IMG/VR virus record: IMGVR_UViG_3300004686_000002
Coordinates: 111,626 to 131,625 of that record
Direction: 5' to 3' (one strand)
DNA from: an uncultured virus (IMG/VR IMGVR_UViG_3300004686_000002)
Taxonomy: Duplodnaviria; Heunggongvirae; Uroviricota; Caudoviricetes
DNA length: 20,000 nucleotides
Shown: positions 7,448-16,578 of the stretch, piece after piece
Numbering within the stretch: the stretch's first letter is position 1
Layout: each line of letters starts with the position of its first letter
Notes under the pieces: generated by a model
What the model was told of the DNA's origin: nothing
The model's database searches: none
What the model saw: the letters and a program-made list of their open reading frames with translations, nothing else
Program-made: the position numbers and the translations under genes

Positions 7448-7993
7448 ATGAAGAAACCAACAAATAACAAACCTAGAGTAAAAGCAAAAAACCAAAAGCT
7501 GGTATCTCGTGCAGTGAAAGAAGCGGGATTCAAAAATATTAAAGAGGCCAAGGAAGTGATGGCAAAGCAGAAAGAGCAGATTTCTGCTGATACCGCGGTA
7601 GAGCAAGCAAATCTGGAATTGATCATTCCCGAAGGAGCGAACTATCAATTTATCAAGAATGAAGTCGAAAACCTCAAGAATGAAGGAGCTCCTTTTGCGT
7701 ATATCACAGAGCGTGTTAAGTATCTTGTTTGGAAGACCAGAGCCTCAGAGATTGAAGCAGAAAAGAACAAAACCCAAAAATGCATTTGCGGACGTAATCA
7801 ATGCCGCGAGGGGCAAGAAAATAATTATATTGAACACGTTGGAAGTCCCAATGAAATCACAAAGGCAACCACCGGAAGAATTCCAATTAATATTGGAGAT
7901 GCCTTTATCATTTCTAATCAGGAAGTAGACCAAAATCTTATTCAGGAGTTTAAGGAGATCTTTGGCCCTATCTTTAAAGTCCTGAAAGTTTGA
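7448..7993 (+). CDS. Hypothetical protein
   Basis: 181-aa ORF, basic N-terminus, CICGRNQC motif. Confidence 0.7.
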   Translation: MKKPTNNKPRVKAKNQKLVSRAVKEAGFKNIKEAKEVMAKQKEQISADTAVEQANLELIIPEGANYQFIKNEVENLKNEGAPFAYITERVKYLVWKTRASEIEAEKNKTQKCICGRNQCREGQENNYIEHVGSPNEITKATTGRIPINIGDAFIISNQEVDQNLIQEFKEIFGPIFKVLKV

Positions 7994-8008
7994 ATAAACA
8001 GTCACGAT

Positions 8009-8089
8009 ATGTCAGAACTGTTTGCATTTGGGCTAGCAGGATTCCTGATAGTCATGTGCTACAAAGTCTGGAAAATATTCGATAAATAA
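8009..8089 (+). CDS. Putative 26-aa single-TM peptide
   Basis: MSELFAFGLAGFLIVMCYKVWKIFDK*, lies just before a terminator. Confidence 0.4.
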   Translation: MSELFAFGLAGFLIVMCYKVWKIFDK

Positions 8090-8110
8090 AATTCGGGGTT
8101 GGTGGTTAGA

Positions 8111-8154
8111 AGTTATAGGTCGGGGCAATCGTAGCCCCGGCCTATAATTTTTTT
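8111..8154 (+). terminator. Rho-independent terminator
   Basis: 16-bp stem AGTTATAGGTCGGGGC / GCCCCGGCCTATAATT running into a T tract. Confidence 0.85.
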
Positions 8155-8212
8155 GTTTAATAATGAACTAAAAGCTTTTAAACTTTAATGAACCCCTAAC
8201 CATAGATAATTA

Positions 8213-9226
8213 ATGTTTATTTTTATAGTAACCCTGTCCGCCCTTTTTATTGCTGGCTGTGCAGCCTTCTTTTCCATTAAAGGAATAACTCTTCTTTTTG
8301 CTGGCAGTGCACTATCTGTGGGTGTAATGGCCTCGTCCTTAGAGATAGGCAAACTTGTTGCCGCGAGTTTTCTACATAGGCAATGGAGCAAGATCTCTCT
8401 ATCTCTAAAAATATATCTTTGCTTGGCTGTGAGTATACTGATGATGATTACATCTCTGGGAATATTTGGTTTTTTAACCAGGGCCTATGAGGAGCATAGA
8501 GGTGTGGCCGTTGGTTACGAAAATGAGCTAAAGGGCTACGATGTTCAGGTAAAAATATTGCAAGACGAGCTTTCTGCCGGGCAGATCAGAATAGAAAGCT
8601 TAAACGCCCTTAGAAAGGACCAGGAGGCCCGTGTAACTGCTGCAGGTAAATACAAGGCCCCTAGAGAGCAGGCATATAAAGCCATAGCAGATGCAGATAA
8701 AGAAATAGCAGAAAAAGAAACCAAGACTTCTGAATTACGCAAAAAGATAGGAGAGCTAGAAATTAAAAAAACAGAAACATCTTCTGCAATAAATACAAAG
8801 ACAGATGTTGGCACCTTTACATTTGTAGCAAAGGCGTTGAATACTGATGTAGATACAGCGGTAAAATGGTTTATTCTCTCACTGGTTTTTGTGTTTGATC
8901 CACTGGCGGTTTCTCTAATTTTGGCCCTTAATCAATTGGTAGAAGAAAGGGAGAAAATCAAAAAAAGTGAAAATGTTTGCTACAGAGAGCCTATAGAGAG
9001 AGAGGTAGAAAAAAGTGAAGATCTAAATGAAGATGTTGTTATGGAAGAAATCCATACAGCTCCAGTAGAACCTGAAGCTACTCAGTCTCCAAAAGTTGAA
9101 GAGCCAGCTCTCCAACCCGTCGTGAGTCCAGAAGTTTCAGAAATCCCGGAAACCATTCAATTAAATGAACACACACCGCAGAAAATACTTGTAGGAAAAA
9201 ATAATTCGATTATAACTATTAAATAA
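8213..9226 (+). CDS. Membrane protein with long coiled coil (three N-terminal TM helices, coiled coil, one TM, acidic Pro-rich tail)
   Basis: Hydropathy pattern; AAFFSIKG, LEIGKLV and VFVFDPLAV motifs resemble a family common in large phages. Confidence 0.75.
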   Translation: MFIFIVTLSALFIAGCAAFFSIKGITLLFAGSALSVGVMASSLEIGKLVAASFLHRQWSKISLSLKIYLCLAVSILMMITSLGIFGFLTRAYEEHRGVAVGYENELKGYDVQVKILQDELSAGQIRIESLNALRKDQEARVTAAGKYKAPREQAYKAIADADKEIAEKETKTSELRKKIGELEIKKTETSSAINTKTDVGTFTFVAKALNTDVDTAVKWFILSLVFVFDPLAVSLILALNQLVEEREKIKKSENVCYREPIEREVEKSEDLNEDVVMEEIHTAPVEPEATQSPKVEEPALQPVVSPEVSEIPETIQLNEHTPQKILVGKNNSIITIK

Positions 9227-9227
9227 C

Positions 9228-9311
9228 GCCTGAGTCCCTTAGTGGCCAATAGGATCGGTTTTGTAAACCGACGCGCAAGCTTCGTGAGTTCGAATCTCAC
9301 CTCAGGCTCCA
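9228..9311 (+). tRNA. trnT: tRNA-Thr (anticodon TGT) with long variable arm, CCA encoded
   Basis: Acceptor GCCTGAG/CTCAGGC, D stem CCT/AGG, anticodon arm TCGGT-TTTGTAA-ACCGA, 12-nt variable region, T arm GTGAG-TTCGAAT-CTCAC, discriminator T, CCA. Confidence 0.9.
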
Positions 9312-9320
9312 ATTTTTAAT

Positions 9321-10091
9321 ATGCGACTATTCGATTGCTTTCTATATAACGGGGAAGAAAAAATGTTAACCTTTAGGTTGCATGAGTTAAACGAAGTAGT
9401 GGATTACTTTGTAATTGTAGAGGCAGACACTGGGTTTTCTGGAAGCAAAAAGCCAATTAGGTTCAATATAGATAACTTTAAGTCTTTTGAAGAAAAAATA
9501 ATTTATAGGCCTTACACGTTCCCTCCTACCTCTAACGCCTGGGAAAATGAAGCAAAGCAGCGAACATATTTAGCTAGCGGTTTAAATCAATTAACACCAA
9601 ATAAAGCAGACTTGGTAATGCTGTCTGATGTTGATGAAATACCTGACACAACAGTATTAAAGCAGATTAAATCTTCAGGCATGGTAGGAGCTTTGGCCTT
9701 TTATCATAATTTTTATTATTATAATTATAAATGTAGAAATATTAATAAATGGGCAGGTACAGTCATAACCAGCATAAATACCTTCAATACCCATTTTAAT
9801 AATAACTTTGAGATTGTTAGAAATAGCAGATGGTCTATATCTAAAATAGGACAACCTGGAGATTACAAGTCAGGAGGTTGGCATTTCTCGTATTTTGGAG
9901 ATGAGAATTATATAATAGATAAAATAAAGAACTTCTCACATCAGGAATACAACAACTCTAAATATACAGATCCAGAAACAATTAAAAAGTTAATCAAAGA
10001 AGGAAAAGATTTATTTTTTAGAGACGAGCAGAAATACGAGTTTATTGAGAACGGCGATTATTTGCCGAAAAATATAAGCTTGCTGGATTAA
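9321..10091 (+). CDS. Glycosyltransferase family 17 (MGAT3-like beta-1,4-GlcNAc transferase)
   Basis: FDCFLYNGE..L..RLHELNEVVDYFVIVEA..FSG, SDVDEIP, GGWHFSYFG, KIKNFSHQE. Confidence 0.88.
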   Translation: MRLFDCFLYNGEEKMLTFRLHELNEVVDYFVIVEADTGFSGSKKPIRFNIDNFKSFEEKIIYRPYTFPPTSNAWENEAKQRTYLASGLNQLTPNKADLVMLSDVDEIPDTTVLKQIKSSGMVGALAFYHNFYYYNYKCRNINKWAGTVITSINTFNTHFNNNFEIVRNSRWSISKIGQPGDYKSGGWHFSYFGDENYIIDKIKNFSHQEYNNSKYTDPETIKKLIKEGKDLFFRDEQKYEFIENGDYLPKNISLLD

Positions 10092-10108
10092 TTTTTAACT
10101 GCAGAAAT

Positions 10109-11488
10109 ATGATTACTGTTTTTTATCATATGTTTTGCGTGAATAATGCAATTGATTTGTTTAATCAAACTTTAAAAAAAATTAAAAGCAGTGGCTTATA
10201 CGACGAACTAGATCAAATTTACTTAAGTTTAAACGGCCCCAATACAGAGCTATATCGCCAGGCTTTAAACATACATGATTCAAAAATTAACGTAATAGAA
10301 TTCAATTATAACTATCACGGAGAGTTTAATACTTTAAATTTTATATCAGACTTCTGTAAATTTAACGAAGGCAAAATTCTATATCTACACAGTAAGGGAG
10401 TTACACACCCCTTGCATAATCCTGTTAATCACTGGAGAGAGTATATGGAATACTTTGTCATAGAAAATTTTAAAGATTGTTTAGATGGTTTGCAAAAAAA
10501 CGACACCGTTGGAGTTAATTTACAAGAAGATCCAAAAAAGCACTACTCTGGAAATATGTGGTGGGCAAACGCCAGCCACATTAGAAAATTACCCAAAATA
10601 GAAAATTATCGTGACAGGCTCTATTGTGAGTTTTGGTTGCTTGATACTTCTTTTAACACACCATTAAATTTATACTCCTCAAATAAAAATCACTATATAG
10701 ATATTTTTCCTAGAGACGAATATTTAGGAAAGCTTAAAAAAAACAATATCTTAAACCGTAAAGTATTTTCACACACCGGATATATAGGTGACATAATTGC
10801 TTTTCTGCCCATTTTTAAAAATTTAGAAGGAACCACCATACAAATAAAAGATGGTCCTTCGGGGTTTGAACCGATGGCTGGCAATAAATATGACTCTATA
10901 AAGCCATTGCTAGAGTCTCAAGATATTGAAGTTTATTTCGGTGAGAATGAGCTAGCTGTAGACTATGATGTACATCCATGGAGAGAATGCTACCAGCCAG
11001 GAATTACTTTAATAGATGCGCAAGCCAGATACTTAAACGTAGTCTGTAGAGCATCAGGTAAATTTATAGTTAATGAGCCTTGGTTAAATGTACCAAAAGA
11101 TCCAAATACAAAAGGTAGAGTGATATTCAATAGAACTACTAGGTATAGAAATGATAATTTTAAATGGGTTGAGGTATTTAATTATTTTGGAGATAAGGCA
11201 TTATTCGTTGGCACAGAAGCAGAGCACTCTGAATTTTGTGAAGCTTATGGCAATATAGAATATTATATAACAAAAGATTGCTATCATGTAGCCAGGGCAA
11301 TAGCGGGAGCAGACTTTTTTGTAGGAAATCAATCTAGTGCTTGTTGGATTGCTATGGGGTTATTTAAACCTTTACTGCAAGAAGTTTTCGAAGAACACCC
11401 TAATAGCCAAATAAATTACCCAGGAGCATATTATCCTGCTAACGGTAAAATTGATTTTAATATATTAGATAACTATAATTTAAATTAA
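10109..11488 (+). CDS. Two-domain putative glycosyltransferase (LYLHSKG domain fused to GT9/heptosyltransferase-like domain)
   Basis: N-domain LYLHSKGVT..W..YMEYF, HYSGNMWWA; C-domain HTGYIGDII and ARAIAGADFFVGNQSS. Confidence 0.65.
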   Translation: MITVFYHMFCVNNAIDLFNQTLKKIKSSGLYDELDQIYLSLNGPNTELYRQALNIHDSKINVIEFNYNYHGEFNTLNFISDFCKFNEGKILYLHSKGVTHPLHNPVNHWREYMEYFVIENFKDCLDGLQKNDTVGVNLQEDPKKHYSGNMWWANASHIRKLPKIENYRDRLYCEFWLLDTSFNTPLNLYSSNKNHYIDIFPRDEYLGKLKKNNILNRKVFSHTGYIGDIIAFLPIFKNLEGTTIQIKDGPSGFEPMAGNKYDSIKPLLESQDIEVYFGENELAVDYDVHPWRECYQPGITLIDAQARYLNVVCRASGKFIVNEPWLNVPKDPNTKGRVIFNRTTRYRNDNFKWVEVFNYFGDKALFVGTEAEHSEFCEAYGNIEYYITKDCYHVARAIAGADFFVGNQSSACWIAMGLFKPLLQEVFEEHPNSQINYPGAYYPANGKIDFNILDNYNLN

Positions 11489-11550
11489 TAGAATATTGCC
11501 TTAAATATAACAGCCTTGTTTATATATGCCTATGTTTAGTATAATTGGTA

Positions 11551-12216
11551 ATGAACAATCCGGGCGAAATCACTTGGAATAGTTGGAAATTGTTTTGCGC
11601 CATAACAGGCAGAGAGAAGCTTTGGGGTGCAAAAATAGGGAGATTACTCACCCAAGAAGGAGTTCTTCCTACAGGGTTAGTTTTAGATGTAGGAACGGGT
11701 ACCGGCGAGTTTTTAGACTCGCTCAAGAACTATACTCATAATGTAATAGGTATTGATATAGAAGATTACAGAGTATTAAAAACATTTAAATTTCAGAAAG
11801 TAGGTGTAGAGAAATATAAAGGCATAGCCCCTAATGTAGTTATATATAAACAAGTTTTTCATTTAATCTCTTCTCCTTTCCACATAGCTGAAAAATATCC
11901 GAAAGCTACCATAGTGATTATGCAGATGCCTTTTGAGGAAATTCACGGCTCTGCAAATCCTTTAGAAGACACTAATCAAAATAGAATAAAATTTAACAGA
12001 TTAGGCTATGCTACAGAGATATACACAATAACTCTAAGATTTAAATTACCAGAAGAAAAATACAAGGAGTTTATTCTTTCTGGATATATGTCCAACCTAT
12101 CAAAGATGGATTTATCTCAAAGATTAGAAGTTTGGGAAGCCCTGAAAAACGACTATAAAGGAATATACAGAGATAAGTTGGAGATACTCATAGCCTATCC
12201 TCAAAGCGAGTTGTAA
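11551..12216 (+). CDS. Class I SAM-dependent methyltransferase
   Basis: VLDVGTGTG motif I, VIGIDI motif II; ATG 11551 preferred over TTG 11545. Confidence 0.8.
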   Translation: MNNPGEITWNSWKLFCAITGREKLWGAKIGRLLTQEGVLPTGLVLDVGTGTGEFLDSLKNYTHNVIGIDIEDYRVLKTFKFQKVGVEKYKGIAPNVVIYKQVFHLISSPFHIAEKYPKATIVIMQMPFEEIHGSANPLEDTNQNRIKFNRLGYATEIYTITLRFKLPEEKYKEFILSGYMSNLSKMDLSQRLEVWEALKNDYKGIYRDKLEILIAYPQSEL

Positions 12217-12222
12217 CGGCTA

Positions 12223-12435
12223 TTATGTAAGTTTCTCAAGGTCTTTAACGTCTCTTTCCGCTCTAAGTTTAAGCTCGTTCAGTTCTTTTTTATAGCTCTC
12301 GATTAAAGCTTTATTTTTTTTACTAAACGGACGTTTTGCGGTATCAGACAATACTTTAACTTTATTTTTTAAGTCCTCTAGCCTGGAATATATCCAGTCT
12401 AAATCCTCTTCTATTAATTTCATCTTGTCGCTCAT
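12223..12435 (-). CDS. Small coiled-coil hypothetical protein
   Basis: 70-aa ORF, last gene of the minus-strand run. Confidence 0.65.
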   Translation of the reverse strand: MSDKMKLIEEDLDWIYSRLEDLKNKVKVLSDTAKRPFSKKNKALIESYKKELNELKLRAERDVKDLEKLT

Positions 12436-12437
12436 AC

Positions 12438-12848
12438 TTAAATCCAGGAAGCATATGTCATTCCTTTTGGTTTAGGTTCTAGTCGATAGTCTATAAATAA
12501 CTCATCACCCACAGTTATATTCTTTTGAGCCACCACCAATCTCTCCTCTAGCTTCCATAAGCAGTTAGGATTTCGACTATGATTTATATATGAAAACTTA
12601 CTCCAGCTATCGCTAGTTATGCAGTTTTCGCTGTCTATCATAACATATAGATTTTTACGCTTTTTATCTTCGCAAAGATCGGAGTACTTGAGGTGATACC
12701 AGCTAGCTGGAAACAGATTATAGTTTACAATAATCTCACCTATCTCAAAGTCTTTCGCCGCGAATAAGCCGTAGCCTTCTGTGAATGACGCTTTTACTTT
12801 TGTGTTTGGAGCATCATCGTTATTTATAATTATGTCTAATTTTAACAT
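12438..12848 (-). CDS. SET-domain protein (putative lysine methyltransferase)
   Basis: GYGLFAAKDFEIGEII, YINHSRNPNC and GDELFIDY motifs; no Cys-rich post-SET. Confidence 0.88.
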   Translation of the reverse strand: MLKLDIIINNDDAPNTKVKASFTEGYGLFAAKDFEIGEIIVNYNLFPASWYHLKYSDLCEDKKRKNLYVMIDSENCITSDSWSKFSYINHSRNPNCLWKLEERLVVAQKNITVGDELFIDYRLEPKPKGMTYASWI

Positions 12849-12850
12849 GA

Positions 12851-13465
12851 TTAAAGCGTGGGTTGATTAGATAATATTTTAGCCAATACCGTCATCTTAT
12901 GCTCACCGTTGCCGGGCACATGCACCACAGCTGAAGAAGCGCAGAAGTCAGATTCGTAAGCATTGAAAAGTGACTTTGGTGCAACACCTATCCTGTTTTG
13001 CAAATCCATAAAATTTTCTTTTTCTAGTTTCATAAACGCTGCTTGCTCCCACCAGCAGTGATCTATAAATTCTCTTTGCTCCCACATTGCATCTAGCAAT
13101 ATTTTATTTTCATTACAATTACGCCAAAGCATAACCCCACAATTAAATCCGTTATCATCTCTAGATAAAACTATATCTTTATTTTCATGAATAAAATCTA
13201 ATATTGATTTTTTAAAATTGTAAAAAACCGCATCTGCATCAATCCACATAACCCATTCACAAGGCAGTTCAAAAGCTTTTTTAATGCTTTTTATTTTATA
13301 CCAAGAGGGGGGCCTTTCCAAATTTTCTAAAATTTCTGTTTGAAATATTAAGTTGTGCTGTTCAGCATATCTTTTATTTCTTTCAAAAGTGAAATTCGAC
13401 ACCCACTGAAAATTTTTGGTGGTTAAGCTGCAAACTATTAACTTTATTTTTTCTTCAGTAGTCAT
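12851..13465 (-). CDS. Glycosyltransferase family 34 (GMA12/MNN10-like)
   Basis: NKRYAEQH, SWYKI, WVMWIDADA, FNCGVMLWRN, WWEQAA, VHVPG. Confidence 0.85.
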   Translation of the reverse strand: MTTEEKIKLIVCSLTTKNFQWVSNFTFERNKRYAEQHNLIFQTEILENLERPPSWYKIKSIKKAFELPCEWVMWIDADAVFYNFKKSILDFIHENKDIVLSRDDNGFNCGVMLWRNCNENKILLDAMWEQREFIDHCWWEQAAFMKLEKENFMDLQNRIGVAPKSLFNAYESDFCASSAVVHVPGNGEHKMTVLAKILSNQPTL

Positions 13466-13487
13466 TCTATAAATTAATAGCTTGCGA

Positions 13488-13742
13488 CTAAAATGGGGGC
13501 TGATCTTTACCTGTTATTTTCCAGTAGAGATAAGGAATGAATGTTCTATAGTATAAGGATTCCAACCTAGTTCTAGCTCTATTGTACCAGCGGTTTTGTT
13601 TTTCAAGAAAGCGCTCATCATCTATATGCCATTTGATTATAGCGCTGAGCGCTTTCTTCGGGTCTTTATCTAGTTCTTCTGTATAGAGCCAGAGAACCTC
13701 CAGCTCATCTACAATTGCTTCTTTCCATTTATTCTTCGCCAT
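13488..13742 (-). CDS. Hypothetical protein
   Basis: 84-aa ORF in operon with nrdA. Confidence 0.65.
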   Translation of the reverse strand: MAKNKWKEAIVDELEVLWLYTEELDKDPKKALSAIIKWHIDDERFLEKQNRWYNRARTRLESLYYRTFIPYLYWKITGKDQPPF

Positions 13743-13746
13743 AATC

Positions 13747-15393
13747 TTATGCCTCGCAGCTCTTGCAGCTCATAATAGACCTGGCAAGTTTCTGGCTAGG
13801 GTTAGAACTACGCTGATAATAGAATGTCTTGATTCCCTGCTCCCAGCCAAAGATAAGAAGCTCATTAACTTCTTTAGGCTTGGCGGACAGAGGAATCATA
13901 AGATTTAAGCTCTGACCTTGATCTATATACTTCTGCCTATTTGCAGCCTGAATAACAATTTCTCGTTGGCTGATTTCTTCGAAGGTCTTGAATACATCTT
14001 TCTCGTGGTCTGTTAAGAAATCAAGGTTCTGCACACTTCCACCGTCCACAAGAATCTTCTTCCAGGTTTCTTCTGTGTCTTCGCCCTTTTCCTTGAGAAG
14101 CTTTTTAAGATAAGGATTTTTATATGTAAATTTACCTTTGGCCAGATCCTTCACATAGAAGTTACTAACCATAGGCTCTACGCTCTGAGAAACCTGCCCA
14201 AGGATAAAGGAGCTGGAGGTGGTGGGAGCAACCGCAAGAGTTGTACTATTCCTGCGACCATAACCCTCTAACAGCTCTGGCTCACCGAATAATTTGGCCA
14301 ACTCCTGGGTTGCTTCGTCCGCTTCCCTCCGAATAGCTTTCCAAATAGTATTATTGTGTAGCTTAGCCTCCATAGACTCAAAGCTAATCAATTTGCTCTG
14401 AAGATATGAATGCCAGCCCAACACACCCACACCTAATGCTCGCTGACTAATAGCGAACTTTCTAGGGGCCTCCATAAATGCCAGTCCTTCTGTTTTTTCA
14501 ATAAACTCAGACATTACGGCGTCCAGGAAATAAACCAATGTTTTAACTGCATCTGTTTCTTTTATTTCGTCCCAGTGTTCTAAATTGATAGAAGATAGAT
14601 TACACACAAAGCTCTCATCCTTATCTGTGGAGAGCATGATCTCTGTGCAGAGGTTACTTGCCCAGATAGTCTTTCCCTTATCTTTATAGACCTGAGGGGC
14701 GTTATTATTCACGGTATCGCTAAAGAAGATATATGGATATCCGCTCTCGAAACGCTTTTGGATTACCTTTCCCCAAAGCTTACGTTTATCCTTATCTCCA
14801 TCAATCATGCTCTTCATCCATGCATCAGACACAGTAACACCAAAACTCATCTCTTGAATTTCATTACCCTCACTACGAATGCTCAAGAACTCCTCTATGT
14901 CCTCGTGGTCTATAGGAAGATACGCCGCAAAAGAACCTCTACGAACATTACCCTGAGAAATCACATTCATGAGCTTATCAAACATCTCCATGAAATGCAC
15001 AGATCCTGTGGATTCTCCGCCAGAGGAAATTGCTGCACCCCTAGGTCTAACAGCACCAAAATAAGCACTGGTGCCGCCGCCGGCCTTTGTCATCATACCT
15101 ACTTCAGAATGCTTATAAAGAATAGCTTCTATATTGTCGTCTATGAAACTTCCAAAACAACTAATAGGTAGCCCTCTGGCTCTCCCAAAATTACTCCAGA
15201 TAGGAGAGCTCAAGCTAAAGTAACCCTTGTGCATATAGTTTTGAAACTTTACTCCAAATCCCTCTATGCCTAAGATTTCTTCGGCCCTTTGTGAGATATT
15301 CCAAATACGCTCCTCAGGGGTTTCTCCTTCTACCAGATAACCCCGCTCTAAAAACTTCCTAGAATCTTTGTTTAGCCAGTATATGTCGCTCAT
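13747..15393 (-). CDS. nrdA: Ribonucleoside-diphosphate reductase class I alpha subunit (short, no ATP cone)
   Basis: PISCF, GGGTS, QGNVRRG, SNLCTEI, VCNLSS, APTTSSS, KTFYY, C-terminal CKSCEA. Confidence 0.97.
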   Translation of the reverse strand: MSDIYWLNKDSRKFLERGYLVEGETPEERIWNISQRAEEILGIEGFGVKFQNYMHKGYFSLSSPIWSNFGRARGLPISCFGSFIDDNIEAILYKHSEVGMMTKAGGGTSAYFGAVRPRGAAISSGGESTGSVHFMEMFDKLMNVISQGNVRRGSFAAYLPIDHEDIEEFLSIRSEGNEIQEMSFGVTVSDAWMKSMIDGDKDKRKLWGKVIQKRFESGYPYIFFSDTVNNNAPQVYKDKGKTIWASNLCTEIMLSTDKDESFVCNLSSINLEHWDEIKETDAVKTLVYFLDAVMSEFIEKTEGLAFMEAPRKFAISQRALGVGVLGWHSYLQSKLISFESMEAKLHNNTIWKAIRREADEATQELAKLFGEPELLEGYGRRNSTTLAVAPTTSSSFILGQVSQSVEPMVSNFYVKDLAKGKFTYKNPYLKKLLKEKGEDTEETWKKILVDGGSVQNLDFLTDHEKDVFKTFEEISQREIVIQAANRQKYIDQGQSLNLMIPLSAKPKEVNELLIFGWEQGIKTFYYQRSSNPSQKLARSIMSCKSCEA

Positions 15394-15405
15394 CTTGTAT
15401 GTGTT

Positions 15406-16389
15406 TTAAAATAAATCGTCTTCCCCAAAAGACTGGTTCTTTTTTGCATAACCGGTGGGGCGGCTATGAAAGAAGTCTGTGTGGTTTTCTCCCAGTAATT
15501 CTTCTTCAAACCATAATGTATCTTTTAATAAAGCTGAGTCAATATCGAATACTGGTTTAAATCCAATTTGTTTCAGGGACTCATTGATTCTATTTTTGAT
15601 GAACTCTTTTAAGTGTGGTGCAGAAAGGCCAGGCTCTTTAATACCGTTAATCATCCAATCAACAATCTTGGCTTCGGCATTATATGCCTCTCTTGCCTCT
15701 GCACTGATTCTCTCTTCTAACTCATCGTCAAAAAGCTCAGGATACTCTTCTCTGATTGTATTAATAATTCTTGTGCCTACCAGGGCGTGGATATTTTCCT
15801 CATTCCTGGTGTACTTTACCTGCTGATCAGTATCTTTCAATACATTCTTAAATCTTGCAAACCAGTTAATTACATAGAACTGGCTAAATAATGAAACGTT
15901 CTCTACAAACAATGTAAACAGGATCAAGGCATATAAATACTGCTTCTTAGAATCTTTGTAGAACCTATGCGTGTACTTCTTAAGATACTTAACCCTACCC
16001 TGAATCCATTCCAACTTGAGATTCTCCTCGAATACATCTTCTAAGCCCAGAGCAGTAATAAGACGCTCGTAGGCGTTGTTGTGAATCACTTCCACGTTAG
16101 CCATAACATACCCAAGATCAGAAAGAGCAGGATGAGGGAGATTCTCTCCAAGCTTAGCCCAGAAAGTCTTAACAGCCACCTCTATCTGGCCAATAGCGGA
16201 GAGGGTCCTTACAATAATGTCTCTTTCCTGCTGAGTAAGCTTAACTTTAAATTGTTGAATATCTGATTTAAAACTAAATTCTTTATCCGTCCAGAATCCG
16301 TCATGCATTACTTTAATGAAATCATCTGTCCAAGGATAACGATTAGGTTTACGGGCGATCTGTTCTTCGAATATTTTTATGTTTTCCAT
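15406..16389 (-). CDS. nrdB: Ribonucleoside-diphosphate reductase class I beta subunit
   Basis: FWTDKEF, EVIHNNAY, ENVSLFSQF, NEENIH, DFFHSRPTGY; start placed at ATG 16389 because a promoter lies within the longer ORF call. Confidence 0.96.
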   Translation of the reverse strand: MENIKIFEEQIARKPNRYPWTDDFIKVMHDGFWTDKEFSFKSDIQQFKVKLTQQERDIIVRTLSAIGQIEVAVKTFWAKLGENLPHPALSDLGYVMANVEVIHNNAYERLITALGLEDVFEENLKLEWIQGRVKYLKKYTHRFYKDSKKQYLYALILFTLFVENVSLFSQFYVINWFARFKNVLKDTDQQVKYTRNEENIHALVGTRIINTIREEYPELFDDELEERISAEAREAYNAEAKIVDWMINGIKEPGLSAPHLKEFIKNRINESLKQIGFKPVFDIDSALLKDTLWFEEELLGENHTDFFHSRPTGYAKKNQSFGEDDLF

Positions 16390-16416
16390 AGTATAAAGGC
16401 GCGGTTGTGACTTTTT

Positions 16417-16445
16417 AGTATCCCCTATAAAAAGGCTATAGTCAA
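16417..16445 (-). promoter_or_regulatory. Sigma70-like promoter for nrdB-nrdA operon
   Basis: Minus strand TTGACT-N17-GATACT, 27 nt upstream of the nrdB ATG. Confidence 0.6.
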
Positions 16446-16578
16446 TTAAGCTGAGCGTTAAATTTGAAACTATATTTCTTGACACGATTTTCCCGAAATT
16501 TGTTTCGGGAACATACCCTCAGTGAATAGATAAAATTAGTATTTATCTACCTTTAACTGGACATCTTGAATGGATGTC

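Noticed and set aside
9261..9268. Reading the tRNA as tRNA-Tyr(GTA)
   Set aside because: Centring GTA in a 7-nt loop breaks the anticodon stem; the discriminator is U rather than A and the acceptor is Thr-like
16390..16485. 32-aa N-terminal extension of NrdB in the ORF track
   Set aside because: A promoter lies inside it and NrdB-like sequence starts at MENIKIFE (16389)
16495..16525. Hammerhead-like CTGA ... CGAAAC on the minus strand
   Set aside because: Reads CTGA-GGG-TATGTT-CCC-GAAAC and lacks the required CUGANGA core; stems I and III not found
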